Below are positions 20,382-31,194 of a stretch of 64,000 bases of DNA, in pieces; position 1 is the stretch's first letter, and every line of letters starts with the position of its first letter. Where the stretch lies: the NCBI GenBank assembly GCA_943788985.1, contig CALSSJ010000012.1:32001-96000 (forward strand), in the 5' to 3' direction. The position numbers and the translations under genes are program-made. The notes under the pieces were generated by a model. The model worked only from the letters and a program-made list of their open reading frames with translations, had not been told where the DNA came from and ran no database searches. The stretch comes from an uncultured Lentisphaerales bacterium (GTDB lineage: Bacteria; Verrucomicrobiota; Lentisphaeria; JABSQK01; UBA12247).

Positions 20382-22235
20382 CTATCGTTCTACCAGTTCA
20401 ATGCGTTTGAGAATCGCAGCCCCAGCTGGACTGGAAAAATTAACCTTCCGGTTGGTGCTGGTGTCCGTGAGGGTAATCGCGAAGGTCGTGATCTTCGACC
20501 ATGCAAGAGGGGTGTTGTCGACTTGGTTTCGTCTCTTCTTGCCCTTTACAAAGTCCTTGGTGTCGAGCAGGATGGTCTGAGGCCCATTGCCGCTGATGGT
20601 GCGTTCATAGCGAAACTTGCCGATCGCGTTGTCCAAGGGGTCGTATTGGCCACTGGCATCCAGGCTCATCAGGAGCTCTTGCCCTGGCTTGAACTCTAGG
20701 GTAATAGCGAGCTTCTTTTCAGGGCTTGTGTCGAGCTCTGGATCTTGGAACTTGTAGGTTTGGATCGCACCTTTGCGAGCCTTGCCCCAGTTGGCGATTC
20801 CAGTGGAGAAGTCGTCGATGAGACCCGATTTTGGCAGATGCTTGCAGGCCGTGAGGTCAATGTCTCCAGGAATGTGAGTCCGCTCGTACGAGTTCAACAC
20901 AAAGGTCTTGGTGCTCGCTCTCTCCAGTGGCTGTTCTGCGGGCAAGGTATAGCGACAAAGAGCGAAGGTGTAGAGTGGAAGCTTGGGGTGTACCGGCAAT
21001 TCGGCGTTCCAGGTTCCCGCTTCTTCGCTGGCCTCAGCCCTCTTCCAAAAACGAGTAATCTGATTGGGCCTATAGCTGTAATAAATCTCAACGTCCGCAA
21101 GGCGCTCCTGCTGGGCGGGCGTCACGCTGAAGTGGGCGCTGTTCTTGTCGATATGAAACGTCGAAGGTGGGGTGGCCGGGATGTTCTGCTCAACACCGGC
21201 GAGGTGTTGCTTGAACCATTGATTGAGCATGACCCACTGCTCAGGTCCCGGGCGGTGAGCGACATGCATATTGCTACTCACACGCCAGTTGTCATGAGGG
21301 AGCAAGTCCACGGACTGGTAGATCCGGTCGAAGGTGGCGTATTGGTCATTGGATGAACTGATGAACATGACGGGCACGCTGACGTGCTTCCAGTAAGCAC
21401 CGGGGTCGATGGTCTTCTTGAGGAGCGTGAGATCTCCCACTTCGTGGGTGTCAGCGCCGGCATCCATGCCGTCGTAGTTCTGGTAGCGGTTGGTCGTGCC
21501 GCCGATAAAGGGAGCCACAGCCTTGAGTCGCTTGTCGATGGCCGTCATCACAGTGATCACGCCCCCCATGGAGTAGCCGGCGAAACCAAGTTTCTCGGGG
21601 TCAACCTCCGGCCGCTGCTCCAGGAACGTCAGCGCGCGACGCCCTGCCAGAGAGAGTATGAACCAGGCCGAGTTGCGCGGGCTCAGGATGGGGTCCACAC
21701 TGTGCTCATCGGGGAGCAGGCTGTATTTGAACTCGTCGCGCAGGGCATAGGGGTAAAAGCCTCCAGCATGGGTTGGATCGACCTTTCCCCAGTTCGTGCC
21801 CCAGCTATTGCCAGGGTCCAGCTCCATCTCGAGCGGGCGTCCCAGCCAGTTGATATCCAGAGTGGCAAAGCCCTGGGTGGCAAAGTAATGGCCGCGACTG
21901 CGCTGGGCGCGCTGGGTACCGCCATGGCTCCAGACAAAGGCGGGATTCTGTTTGCCGTTGTCGGGAAAACAGTAGTACGCGGCAAGGCGGGCATCGCTGC
22001 CTTTGAACGTGCCCACGGTAAAACTAATCAGCCGGGAGATCACGCCATCCTGTTTCCACTCCTTATGGGTCTTGACCGCGAGATCTTCCCTACGCGGATC
22101 GTAGTCTTTCCACAGGTCAATCGCAGCCTGCGGGACCTGAGCGGCATCGGTATACGGCGTGAGGCTGTCCTCTTGTGCCGAGGCAGCAAACGACGTCGCC
22201 AGCAAACCTGCCAAAATGAGTACGCAGTTCGGCAT
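20382..22235 (-). CDS. Secreted alpha/beta hydrolase (dienelactone hydrolase/acetylxylan esterase-like)
   Basis: Start MPNCVLILAG, with a TGATG overlap with the upstream gene; VWSHGG, GYSMGG. Confidence 0.8.
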   Translation of the reverse strand: MPNCVLILAGLLATSFAASAQEDSLTPYTDAAQVPQAAIDLWKDYDPRREDLAVKTHKEWKQDGVISRLISFTVGTFKGSDARLAAYYCFPDNGKQNPAFVWSHGGTQRAQRSRGHYFATQGFATLDINWLGRPLEMELDPGNSWGTNWGKVDPTHAGGFYPYALRDEFKYSLLPDEHSVDPILSPRNSAWFILSLAGRRALTFLEQRPEVDPEKLGFAGYSMGGVITVMTAIDKRLKAVAPFIGGTTNRYQNYDGMDAGADTHEVGDLTLLKKTIDPGAYWKHVSVPVMFISSSNDQYATFDRIYQSVDLLPHDNWRVSSNMHVAHRPGPEQWVMLNQWFKQHLAGVEQNIPATPPSTFHIDKNSAHFSVTPAQQERLADVEIYYSYRPNQITRFWKRAEASEEAGTWNAELPVHPKLPLYTFALCRYTLPAEQPLERASTKTFVLNSYERTHIPGDIDLTACKHLPKSGLIDDFSTGIANWGKARKGAIQTYKFQDPELDTSPEKKLAITLEFKPGQELLMSLDASGQYDPLDNAIGKFRYERTISGNGPQTILLDTKDFVKGKKRRNQVDNTPLAWSKITTFAITLTDTSTNRKVNFSSPAGAAILKRIELVER

Positions 22236-24658
22236 CAGGGAACCTTCAGTTCGGCAAGTTTCAGCTGGTGCGAGAATAGCTTTTCCCCCTTGGAATTGAT
22301 GGCGGACAGCTGGAGGCTTGCTGAGGCCCAATCGATCTCTATCAGCCCGGCATTCAGGTCCCAGCTTGCTTGCCCAACTCGATATGAATTGGGGGCCTCT
22401 GCCCAGCGTCTGCTGGTATGCGACATGCCACTGGAGGTGAAATCGTAGAGCGGGTAGCCGTCGATTTCCTTTCTGGAAAGCTCCGAAAAGTGGACATCGC
22501 CGGAGATGGCGAATGTGTGGTGGGCCTTGTGCTTTTTGAGAAGTTGGATGAGACGTGCTTGTTCGTGCGGGACATTGCCCCAATTTTCCATGCCTTTCTC
22601 TTGTGCCAGCACTTGGATGCTGCTGGCAATGATGCGGATGTCGGCCGGAACCTGTAGCTGCTGCTCCAACCATCGCCACTGTGCCTCACCAAGCAGCGTT
22701 TTCGTGCGATCGTCTGTCGGCGCATACCAGCCGACACAGCCCTTCTTTGGTTTGCCTTTGGCGCGTGGCAGTTCGTCTCGGAAGTATCGGGTATCCAAGA
22801 GGAGGATTTGGCACCGTTGCCCCGTTGGGCCAAAGACATACGAGCCGTAAACGCCCTCCCGCTGGCGCCGCGGCGAGTCCTGCGCGTCTTTGAAGAAATC
22901 CAGGAAGATCTCTGCGGACTCCTTGCGCTTGGTGTAGGATCTGCCGCCGTCGTTGATGCCAAAGTCGTGATCGTCCCAGGTCGCGAGTAGTGTGCTGGAC
23001 GCACGCAGGGTACGAAAGCCCTCTATGGCCTCGAGCTTGGACCATTTCCGCTTCAAGAGCTCCATATCGTGTGTGTCGCCGTAGATGTTGTCTCCCACAA
23101 AGACGAAGACGTCCGGATCGTGTACGAGGATGCCGTCGAAGATGGCAAACTTCCGCGCCCTTGGATTGAAGCAAGAGCCAAATGCGATCTTGCTAATTGC
23201 CGTTTCGTAGTTGAAATCAGCCTCGTTTTTCCCCTCCGGCTTCGCCTTGGGCTTCCCTGTCACCGTTCGGTCCCACGGGTTCTCTGCTCGCGGCTCGTAG
23301 AACGGCCGGGCATCGTTGTTGGGGAGAGAGTCGACAACTGCTTGGAATTTCCGCACCGCGGCTTTGTGTGCAGCACGGTCCGACTTGAGCAGGTTGGTCT
23401 CTTCTCTTGGGTCTTCCTGCAGATCATGCAGACGCTCGATCTGCTTCGATTCAGAAACCCACACCTTGTAGCGCTTGTCGCGAAGCACGCGGGGAGCAAA
23501 ATCTTTCCGTCCCCGAACCCCCTTGTCATCAAGTTTTCCGGAACGAGAGCTCAGGGCCATGATCCACTCGCGCGGTGAATCGTTCTCTTTCCCAAGGATC
23601 AGCGGAGCAATGGACGTTCCGTCGACGATGAGATCCTCCGGTACCTGCCCGCCACCCAGTTCGACAAAGGTCGGCAGCATATTGGACAAATCGGTCAGTG
23701 CATCGGTTTCAACACCGGCGGGAACCAGGCCGGGGCCGTTGACGATAAACGGGGCATTCACCCCGGCTTCGCTATGCGATCCCTTTCCACCTATGACTGT
23801 CCGCCCGTTGCGTGTGCCCGTGATCTTCTTGTCGGTTCCATTATCAGAGGTAAAGATGATGATGGTGCGCTTGCGGATTCCCAGCTCGTCCAGCTCGCCG
23901 ACCAACTGCCCAACTGCTTTGTCCACGTAGAGGAGCATGGCCTTAAACCTGTCAGTACGCGTCTCTGCGTTTGGCCGGTCCGGGGTCGTCACGAAAGGGG
24001 CGTGCAGCAAGGGCATCGGGTAATAGAGGCACATCGGCTCGTCCTTGTGTGCGCGCATGAACGTGATCAAGCGATCGGTGTACATGTCAGGGCCGAATTT
24101 GCCAGCATAGGTGCGGCTGCCCTCGTCGGGGGTGTTGATGTAGGGATCCTGATAGCGATTGTCGCTCGGCGGGTTGCCGGTCTCATAGCCGGTCCACATG
24201 GCCCAGTCATCGAAGCCGTGTTTCCTTAGCGCCTGTGGCTCGAGCCGGAAGTCATTGATCTGCCATTTTCCGGCCGCGCAGGTCGCGTAGCCCAGTTCCT
24301 TCATCAGGCGGGAAAAGGTGGTGTTCTCTTTCTTTTTCCAATCAAAATATCCGACTCCCCAGCGTGGCACATCCCAATGGCTTGCCCAACCAGTACGGAA
24401 GGGATACTTGCCGGTCAGCAGCGTCGTACGCGACGGTGTGCATGATCCCATTGAGTAGGCATTGTGAAACGTCATTCCGCCCGCTGCGAGCGCGTCAATG
24501 TTCGGGGTCTGGATATCTTCTGCGCCATAGCAGCTGAGCCATTCCTTCCCCAGATCATCCACCATGATGTAGAGAATATTCGGTTGCGCAGTGGCCGGCT
24601 CAGCTGCCATGAGCGGGATGGCCATGCTGACACAAATGGCTGCAAACAGAACCTTCAT
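22235..24658 (-). CDS. Sulfatase (formylglycine-dependent, S1) + PhoD-like phosphatase fusion
   Basis: PNILYIMVDDLG, CTPSRTTLLTG, GKWQ; followed by FGSC, GDNIYGD, WDDHDFG, LDTRYFR, LLGEAQWRWL and ISGDVH. Confidence 0.9.
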   Translation of the reverse strand: MKVLFAAICVSMAIPLMAAEPATAQPNILYIMVDDLGKEWLSCYGAEDIQTPNIDALAAGGMTFHNAYSMGSCTPSRTTLLTGKYPFRTGWASHWDVPRWGVGYFDWKKKENTTFSRLMKELGYATCAAGKWQINDFRLEPQALRKHGFDDWAMWTGYETGNPPSDNRYQDPYINTPDEGSRTYAGKFGPDMYTDRLITFMRAHKDEPMCLYYPMPLLHAPFVTTPDRPNAETRTDRFKAMLLYVDKAVGQLVGELDELGIRKRTIIIFTSDNGTDKKITGTRNGRTVIGGKGSHSEAGVNAPFIVNGPGLVPAGVETDALTDLSNMLPTFVELGGGQVPEDLIVDGTSIAPLILGKENDSPREWIMALSSRSGKLDDKGVRGRKDFAPRVLRDKRYKVWVSESKQIERLHDLQEDPREETNLLKSDRAAHKAAVRKFQAVVDSLPNNDARPFYEPRAENPWDRTVTGKPKAKPEGKNEADFNYETAISKIAFGSCFNPRARKFAIFDGILVHDPDVFVFVGDNIYGDTHDMELLKRKWSKLEAIEGFRTLRASSTLLATWDDHDFGINDGGRSYTKRKESAEIFLDFFKDAQDSPRRQREGVYGSYVFGPTGQRCQILLLDTRYFRDELPRAKGKPKKGCVGWYAPTDDRTKTLLGEAQWRWLEQQLQVPADIRIIASSIQVLAQEKGMENWGNVPHEQARLIQLLKKHKAHHTFAISGDVHFSELSRKEIDGYPLYDFTSSGMSHTSRRWAEAPNSYRVGQASWDLNAGLIEIDWASASLQLSAINSKGEKLFSHQLKLAELKVP

Positions 24659-24782
24659 GAATGGCCTGCGGCGAAACTGTCCTGAATAAGACACAGGATT
24701 ACACATCTGGTTATTCCTTCGGTTTTTTAATTTCACTGGTTACCTGCGTGCTTCCTCTTCCAAAGCACAGTGCCATTCCGCC

Positions 24783-25514
24783 CTATTTTGTGGCATCCCA
24801 CAAACTGCCGCCAACCCGCCAACTGCTGTACCCAGGAGCGAGTGTTTCTTCGAACTCCAATCCTTCAACATGGCCATCGGCCAGAAGGTAGTTCTGTTTG
24901 GAAAGGCCGTGCATTCCATTTCCAGCATTTAATGTGTAGGCAAGCACGTCTGTAGCCCTCTGAGCGTTATAATTCCACCGCCCTAACCTGGGATAGCCCC
25001 CGCGAGTAAATTCACAAAGCATGATCGTTGCATCAGTCTCCCTTATGCTGCCAATCTTCATCGAATATCCGACCCTCATAACCCCCATTCCGGAGTGATG
25101 ATCATTGTTCACATTCATCGTGTACGTACGGTCTACCACACTACTGCTTGATGGATCACTGTCATTGGGGCAAATGTATAATTGACCATAATCGTCCCCA
25201 TAAGTACTCTTAAGAAGGCCATTCGCAGCTCTTTCACTTGGCTCTAATGGCTTACGGCCGTCGTAACCGGAAAGATTATCATCCCAGCTCCCGGACGTGT
25301 GCCCCGAAGAGTACCCTATCGGGATATGGTCTTCAAAATCAGCTGCATAAAGAGCTACGGATAAGCCCAGCTGATCGAGGTTATTCATGCAAAAGGCTTC
25401 TCTCGCTTTCTCGCGTGATTTGCTCAGGGCGGGCAGGAGTAAGCTCGCCAGGATGGCAATGATCGTGATGACCACCAATAATTCAATCAGTGTGAATGCG
25501 TGATGCTTCCTCAT
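24783..25514 (-). CDS. Prepilin-type N-terminal/H-X9-DG domain protein
   Basis: [27 protein letters not shown]-terminal [15 protein letters not shown]. Confidence 0.9.
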   Translation of the reverse strand: MRKHHAFTLIELLVVITIIAILASLLLPALSKSREKAREAFCMNNLDQLGLSVALYAADFEDHIPIGYSSGHTSGSWDDNLSGYDGRKPLEPSERAANGLLKSTYGDDYGQLYICPNDSDPSSSSVVDRTYTMNVNNDHHSGMGVMRVGYSMKIGSIRETDATIMLCEFTRGGYPRLGRWNYNAQRATDVLAYTLNAGNGMHGLSKQNYLLADGHVEGLEFEETLAPGYSSWRVGGSLWDATK

Positions 25515-25541
25515 ACAATGCCTCCTTGCTTGCTTAAACTG

Positions 25542-27185
25542 TTAGAGCTTCTTGTGATTGTCTGGCAGATTCAACAGCAGCTCTGGGGTATCCTTGCTCC
25601 AGTAATGCAGACCGAGGGCGTCGTAGCGCTTCAGCTGGAATGGGATGAGTACTTGCTTACGATAGTCAGGCCAGCTCAGAATGCTCGGGGCTTCGAGTTT
25701 TCCGCCCCGCCAGATCCGCTCGGAGAAGCTTGCCAGCCGGGGATAGGTGCGGTCGCCGAAAATCTGCATGGTTGGAATTTTCTCGCTCCAGGTGCAGGCA
25801 ATCGCACCGAGTGCCAGCTTGCGGGTGTGTTCCGTCTTGCCAAGCATGTCGCCAAAGGGGTCCCAGTTATAGACTTCAGCCGCTGAAAGGGGCTTCGCCC
25901 AGCCGCCTCTCAGATTCTTCATATCGAAATAGTTCCAATAGGCCGGGGAAAGAATGAAGGGCTGCTGCCGCTGGTTCAGTTCTTCATCAACCGTGTGCTT
26001 GATTCGCTTCCACCAGTATTTCTTGCCATAGCGCCACCACTGCACCACCGACTCTTTGTCATCGAAGCCATGCATGAAGATGTCGTCCCAAACAATCGGC
26101 GTCTTCTTCAGCTCTTCCTTGATGAAGGTCGTAATATCTGTCACAAAGTCGAGCAACTCAGCATCTGTGTACAATTCTGCTTTGGCTCCGTAATTCACCT
26201 CATCAAAGCCGATGTGGATGTACTCGGAATCAAACAGGTCGTTGATCTCGGTCAGCACTGTTTTGCAGAAGTCGCGCGCCTGTGCATCGCCGCGAAGGGC
26301 GAAGCGTTTCTCCTTCACGTCCTTGGGATGGTTTAATTCAGGGTAGGCTCGGATGGCCGCCCCCATATGACCGGGCATGTCAATCTCAGGAAAAATCGAG
26401 ATATAGCGGCTGTTGGCATAGGCCACGATCTCTCTTACCTCATCCTGGGTCAGGAATGTCGCCGGGGCCTCGGGGTCGGTTTTGTTACCGATTGCACCAA
26501 TGGTTGTCAGCTTTGGGTAGGCCTTGATCTCAATCCGCCAGCCTTGCGTATCGGTCGCGTGGAGGTGCATCGTATTGAGTTTGTGCATCGCCATGCTGTC
26601 GATGATGGTGAACAGTTCCTCTTTGGTTCTGAAATGGCGGGAAATGTCCACGTGCAGGCCGCGCATCTTCAGGGACGGCTTATCGTTGATCACAAGCCCA
26701 GGCACTTTCAGGTCAAGCCCTGCTTGGACGGTATCGCCGTAGACGGCGGGCGGCAGCAACTGCAGCAATGACTGCACGCCATAGAACAGGCCGCGCTCGG
26801 TCTTCGCAGCAATGGTGATGGTGTCGTCGCTGCTTTCGAGGCGATAGGCATCGTGTTCGCTGAACGACACGGCGTCAGCGGACACGGACAACACGATGGC
26901 AGCACCGCTCGCGCTCCCTTTTCTGCTGAGAGTCAGACCACAGCTCTTGCGCAGCCGCTGCTGGAGATAGGACGCGCACGCCTTGGTTTCTGCGGCTCGC
27001 CCGACAATGACGGTCTTTTCGGTGATGACAAAGGGATCTCCCCCCTTGGCTTTCACCTCATAGGGCATCGGCACAATGCCAAAGCCGTTTTCCGGGGTTC
27101 TTAGTTCTGCGGCTGCCGTGATGGCCAGGAAGCAGAGGCCAGCTCCCATGATGCTGGCAAATGTGTTCGTTGAGTCGCGATTCAC
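25542..27185 (-). CDS. Beta-N-acetylhexosaminidase (GH20)
   Basis: RGLHVDISRHF, HLHATDTQGWR, PEIDMPGH, HIGFDEV, CTWSE, YPRL. Confidence 0.92.
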   Translation of the reverse strand: MNRDSTNTFASIMGAGLCFLAITAAAELRTPENGFGIVPMPYEVKAKGGDPFVITEKTVIVGRAAETKACASYLQQRLRKSCGLTLSRKGSASGAAIVLSVSADAVSFSEHDAYRLESSDDTITIAAKTERGLFYGVQSLLQLLPPAVYGDTVQAGLDLKVPGLVINDKPSLKMRGLHVDISRHFRTKEELFTIIDSMAMHKLNTMHLHATDTQGWRIEIKAYPKLTTIGAIGNKTDPEAPATFLTQDEVREIVAYANSRYISIFPEIDMPGHMGAAIRAYPELNHPKDVKEKRFALRGDAQARDFCKTVLTEINDLFDSEYIHIGFDEVNYGAKAELYTDAELLDFVTDITTFIKEELKKTPIVWDDIFMHGFDDKESVVQWWRYGKKYWWKRIKHTVDEELNQRQQPFILSPAYWNYFDMKNLRGGWAKPLSAAEVYNWDPFGDMLGKTEHTRKLALGAIACTWSEKIPTMQIFGDRTYPRLASFSERIWRGGKLEAPSILSWPDYRKQVLIPFQLKRYDALGLHYWSKDTPELLLNLPDNHKKL

Positions 27186-27348
27186 GTGATTTCTCCGTTG
27201 TGGTTAATTTTATTTTTTGGGGTTAAGCGACCAAGACGCGGCGTTCGCCTGCGTCAAGATCGCCCCCATGCAGTATGGCCCTTGCGGTGTAGCACAACTT
27301 CAGCTGTGCCCCATACGGTATGGCGTGGGGCGGTCATTTCCTGTAGCA

Positions 27349-29241
27349 TTATTCACTCTCATGGCTGTGGTTCCGTTTGAACCATACAAAATAGAGCGCG
27401 ATGGAGGAGGCTATGGTTACCAGCGCAAACAGCAGGCAGGCTTTGGTTTCTCCATAGACAAAATAGCCAGTCGCAAACAGGAAGCTGTACACGGCGGCGC
27501 ACCCGAGGCTCATGGCAAGCACGCCCTGGCCCAGGTTGATCCTGCCTTCCGCTGGCTGAATGGGCTGGCCTTCTGCCTCGGCGGCAGCCTTGACTTGGTC
27601 CCAGCCTTTTCCAGCTGGATTGATCGTTTGGACAAAGGTCCGGAGGGTCTCCGGATCCGAGGGCTTTGTCACCAGAGTCACCAGAATCCAGGCAATCGTG
27701 GTCAGGAAAACCCCGAGCACCAGCTGCCCCTGGCCATCGATCACAATCGCATCCGTGACGCGGATGAACTCGTACCCGCCTACCGTAAACGCCCAGTCTT
27801 TCGGCGCGTCTGCGAACAACTTGAACCGCGGCAGAAAATAGAAAACCAGGGCGACGACAAACGAAGCGACCATGGCCGTGATCTCTGAATACGCATTGAT
27901 ACGCCACCAGAACCAGCGCAAAATAAAGAGCAAGCCAGTTCCGGCTCCGATCTGGAGAATGAGGCTGAAGTTTTTCGCTGCATCTTCCATAAACAGGGCC
28001 ACCGTCCCCGCAATGACCATGAGCAGAACCGTGGACAGCCGCCCTACCCAGACCAGCTCTTTTTGAGAAGCCGACGGTTTCAAGAACCGCAGGTAAAAGT
28101 CATTCACGATATAGGAAGAGCCCCAGTTCAGGTGCGTGGAGATGGTCGACATATAGGCGGCGATCAATGACGTAAGCACCAGCCCCATCCAGCCAGCGGG
28201 GAGGAACGTCAGCATGGCGGAGTACGCGGAATCATTGCCCACATTTTCGGCCTGAGGGAACGCGGCCTTAATCGAATCCAAATCCGGATAAACCAGCAGC
28301 GAGCACAAGGCCACAATGATCCAAGGCCAAGGGCGCAGGGCATAATGCGCGGCGTTGAAAAACAGGGTGGCACCGACGGCATGCTTCTCATCTTTTGCCG
28401 CCAGCATCCGCTGCGCCAGATAGCCGCCCCCACCGGGCTCGGCCCCGGGATACCATACCGACCACCATTGCACCGCCAGCGGGATGATGAACCAGCCGAT
28501 ATACACCGCGGGATCGGAAGCCGAGGGAAAGATGCTGAGCTTATCCGCCATCCCGTTCGCTTCCAGCTTCTCGACCATGCCCGCCATGCCGCCGACTGAC
28601 TCGTGCCCCAAGGCATAATACGCCGCTGCAAACGCGCCGACCATCGCCATGATAAACAATAGGAAGTCCGTCAAAAGAACCCCTTTGAATCCTCCCATGG
28701 AACTGAAAATCACGGTCACCGCAGCCGCGTAGACGATACATTCCCAGGGCTTCAAACCCAGCATGACCCCGCCGATCTTGATCGCGGCAAGGGACACAGA
28801 GGCCATAATGATGACGTTGAAGAAGACGCCCAAGTAGATCGCGCGAAACCCGCGTAGAAATGCCGCTTCCTTGCCGGAATACCGAAGTTCATAAAACTCA
28901 ATGTCTGTCGTGACGCCGGAGCGCCGCCAGAGCTTGGCATAGACAAACACGGTCAACATGCCGGTTAACAAGAATGACCACCACATCCAGTTCGAAGCCA
29001 CCCCGTGCTCGCGCACAATATTCGTGACAAAGTTCGGCGTGTCCGTGGAAAAGGTTGTTGCCACCATGGAAAAGCCAAGAAGCCACCAGGGCATCGAACG
29101 GCCTCCAAGGAAGAAATCGGATTCCGATTTCCCTGCTTGTCGGGAGGTGTAGACCCCGATACCCAAGGCGATGACAAAGAAGCCAAGGATGATCGCCCAG
29201 TCAATCGTTTGAAGGTTAATCGTTGCGATAATCGGGGTCAT
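27349..29241 (-). CDS. Sodium:solute symporter (SSS) family transporter
   Basis: Multi-pass membrane protein; FFLGGRSMPWW, SMVATTFSTDTP, EPGGGGYLAQRMLAAK, AAYMSTISTHLNWG. Confidence 0.92.
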   Translation of the reverse strand: MTPIIATINLQTIDWAIILGFFVIALGIGVYTSRQAGKSESDFFLGGRSMPWWLLGFSMVATTFSTDTPNFVTNIVREHGVASNWMWWSFLLTGMLTVFVYAKLWRRSGVTTDIEFYELRYSGKEAAFLRGFRAIYLGVFFNVIIMASVSLAAIKIGGVMLGLKPWECIVYAAAVTVIFSSMGGFKGVLLTDFLLFIMAMVGAFAAAYYALGHESVGGMAGMVEKLEANGMADKLSIFPSASDPAVYIGWFIIPLAVQWWSVWYPGAEPGGGGYLAQRMLAAKDEKHAVGATLFFNAAHYALRPWPWIIVALCSLLVYPDLDSIKAAFPQAENVGNDSAYSAMLTFLPAGWMGLVLTSLIAAYMSTISTHLNWGSSYIVNDFYLRFLKPSASQKELVWVGRLSTVLLMVIAGTVALFMEDAAKNFSLILQIGAGTGLLFILRWFWWRINAYSEITAMVASFVVALVFYFLPRFKLFADAPKDWAFTVGGYEFIRVTDAIVIDGQGQLVLGVFLTTIAWILVTLVTKPSDPETLRTFVQTINPAGKGWDQVKAAAEAEGQPIQPAEGRINLGQGVLAMSLGCAAVYSFLFATGYFVYGETKACLLFALVTIASSIALYFVWFKRNHSHESE

Positions 29242-29321
29242 AAACTGGTCCTTTGATTCTTCAGGGTACTTGTATAAAGACTCATCGCTTCACGTCTGCT
29301 CGGGTCAGTAGCTCGGTCATT

Positions 29322-30797
29322 CTATTTCTTCTTTTTGATTCTGTTGGCGCTCCGGTCCCACGGATTCGCCGCCCTGGGTTCATACGCGGGACGGGCGTCC
29401 TGGTCCGGGAGTGAATCGAGTACCCCTTGAAACTTCTCCAGCGCCTGGCTGTGCGCTGCACTCGCACTGCTGAGAAGGTTGGTTTCTTCCCATGGATCCT
29501 CTGTCAGGTCGTGCAAGCGAATGATCTTCTTTTCGCCCGACACCCAAACCTTGTGCTGCTTGTCGCGCATCACGCGTGTGGCGAAGTCCTGTGCGCCGCG
29601 CACACCGTCCTTATCCAGGACGGCTGCACCGTGGCCAAGGGCCATGATCCACTCCCGGTCTGAGTCCTGCTTTTTGCCGAGAATCAGCGGCGCGATGGAT
29701 ACGCCGTCGATGATGAGATCCTCCGGAGCCTGCCCACCACCGAGTTCGACGAAGGTCGGAAGCATATCCGAAAAATCTGTCAGGGCGTCGGTTTCGACTC
29801 CAGCAGGCACTAGGCCCGGGCAGTTGACAATAAAGGGAGCACAGACCCCGGCTTCCGTTTCCGTCGATTTCGCCCCCACAATCTTTCTTCCGTTCCGGAA
29901 GCCGATGACGCCACGCGGGGGAGGTGCCGTGCCATTGTCGGCGGTAAAGATCACAATGGTCCGATCACGAATGCCGAGATCATCCAGCTCGTTTACCAGC
30001 TTGCCCACCAACTTGTCGATGTAGCGCACCATGGCTTTATGCCGATCCATGACGCTCCGTGCCTTGGGCTCATCAGGGGTAGCCCGTAGCGGTGTATGTG
30101 GCTGTACCATCGGGAAATAGAGGCACATGGGTTCCTCTTTGTGTGTGCGCATGAAGTTGATCAGGTGGTCGGCATAGAGGTCGGGCCCAAACTTTCCTTT
30201 GTAGGTTTTGGAGCCCTCCTTGGTATTGATGTGGGGATCCCAATACCGCTTGGTTGATTTTCTCTCGTGCTCCTTATCGGGTGATGTCTCACACCCCGTC
30301 CACATGGCCCAGTCATCGAACCCGTGCTTCTTCATGGCCTGTGGTTCAAGTCGAAAGTCATTCAGCTGCCACTTGCCTGCTACCGCAGTGGCATACCCGA
30401 GGTTCTTCATCAGCCGGGCAAAGGTGGTGTTCTCTTTCTTCTTCCAGTCAAAGTACCCGACGCCCCAGCGCGGCACATCCCAGTGATTAACGAACCCAGT
30501 ACGCCAGGGGTATTTTCCGGTCAGCAGCGTCGTGCGCGAAGGCGAGCATGCTGGCATGGAGTACGCATTGTTGAACGTCATCCCGCCCGCTGCGAGGGCG
30601 TCAATGTTCGGTGTCTCGATGCCTTCCCCGCCATAGCAGCTGATCCATTCCTTGCCCAGATCATCGGCCATAATATAGAGGATGTTTGGCTTAGCAGCCG
30701 GGGGATCGGCAGCCAGCCCTGCGGATGTCGCACCGACAATGATCGCGAGAAGCATCGCTGCGGAAAAGGTGCTGTGAAAAGAAGGTGTCATCATCAT
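29322..30797 (-). CDS. Sulfatase (S1)
   Basis: PNILYIMADDLG, CSPSRTTLLTG, HWDVPRWG; signal peptide. Start is approximate. Confidence 0.92.
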   Translation of the reverse strand: MMMTPSFHSTFSAAMLLAIIVGATSAGLAADPPAAKPNILYIMADDLGKEWISCYGGEGIETPNIDALAAGGMTFNNAYSMPACSPSRTTLLTGKYPWRTGFVNHWDVPRWGVGYFDWKKKENTTFARLMKNLGYATAVAGKWQLNDFRLEPQAMKKHGFDDWAMWTGCETSPDKEHERKSTKRYWDPHINTKEGSKTYKGKFGPDLYADHLINFMRTHKEEPMCLYFPMVQPHTPLRATPDEPKARSVMDRHKAMVRYIDKLVGKLVNELDDLGIRDRTIVIFTADNGTAPPPRGVIGFRNGRKIVGAKSTETEAGVCAPFIVNCPGLVPAGVETDALTDFSDMLPTFVELGGGQAPEDLIIDGVSIAPLILGKKQDSDREWIMALGHGAAVLDKDGVRGAQDFATRVMRDKQHKVWVSGEKKIIRLHDLTEDPWEETNLLSSASAAHSQALEKFQGVLDSLPDQDARPAYEPRAANPWDRSANRIKKKK

Positions 30798-30829
30798 ATC
30801 TCTGTGTGGTTCCTGTTCTTGCAATTACC

Positions 30830-31055
30830 CGGGCTGAAAGCCCAGCAACACCTTAGCCTGGGGCAACGCCCCAGGATTATATCGACTCTAGATAGAACGC
30901 TGAGCGCCGAAGGCACGGCCGTCAGGCAACCGTTCCTCAACTCATTGCGCTCCAACACGTTGCGCCAGGTGAAGTACGCTTTCAGCGTACGCATTCCCCG
31001 CATGCCAAACCTGGGGCGTTGCCCCAGGCTAAGGTGTTTCTGGGCTTTCAGCCCG
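30830..31055. repeat. REP/BIME-like element with 46-bp terminal inverted repeats
   Basis: 30830-30875 and 31010-31055 are reverse complements with one mismatch. Each arm holds GGGC-TGAAA-GCCC and CCTGGGGC-AAC-GCCCCAGG hairpins, and there is an internal variant GTACGC-TTTCA-GCGTAC. Confidence 0.85.
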
Positions 31056-31194
31056 ATCAAATCAACAGCCCGTGAGCGCCGCAGGCACACCCGAAGGGCA
31101 CCCGTGACCTTACAGGGAGCCCCGTCGTCCAAACGCAGTACTATGGATTGCTCATTCACCAGCCGAACGTCACTCTAATCGTTGTCGATTGCAT

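Noticed and set aside
30794..31178. ORFs spanning the palindromic element
   Set aside because: The same peptide (LSLGQRPR) appears on both strands because of the inverted repeat; the region is non-coding.
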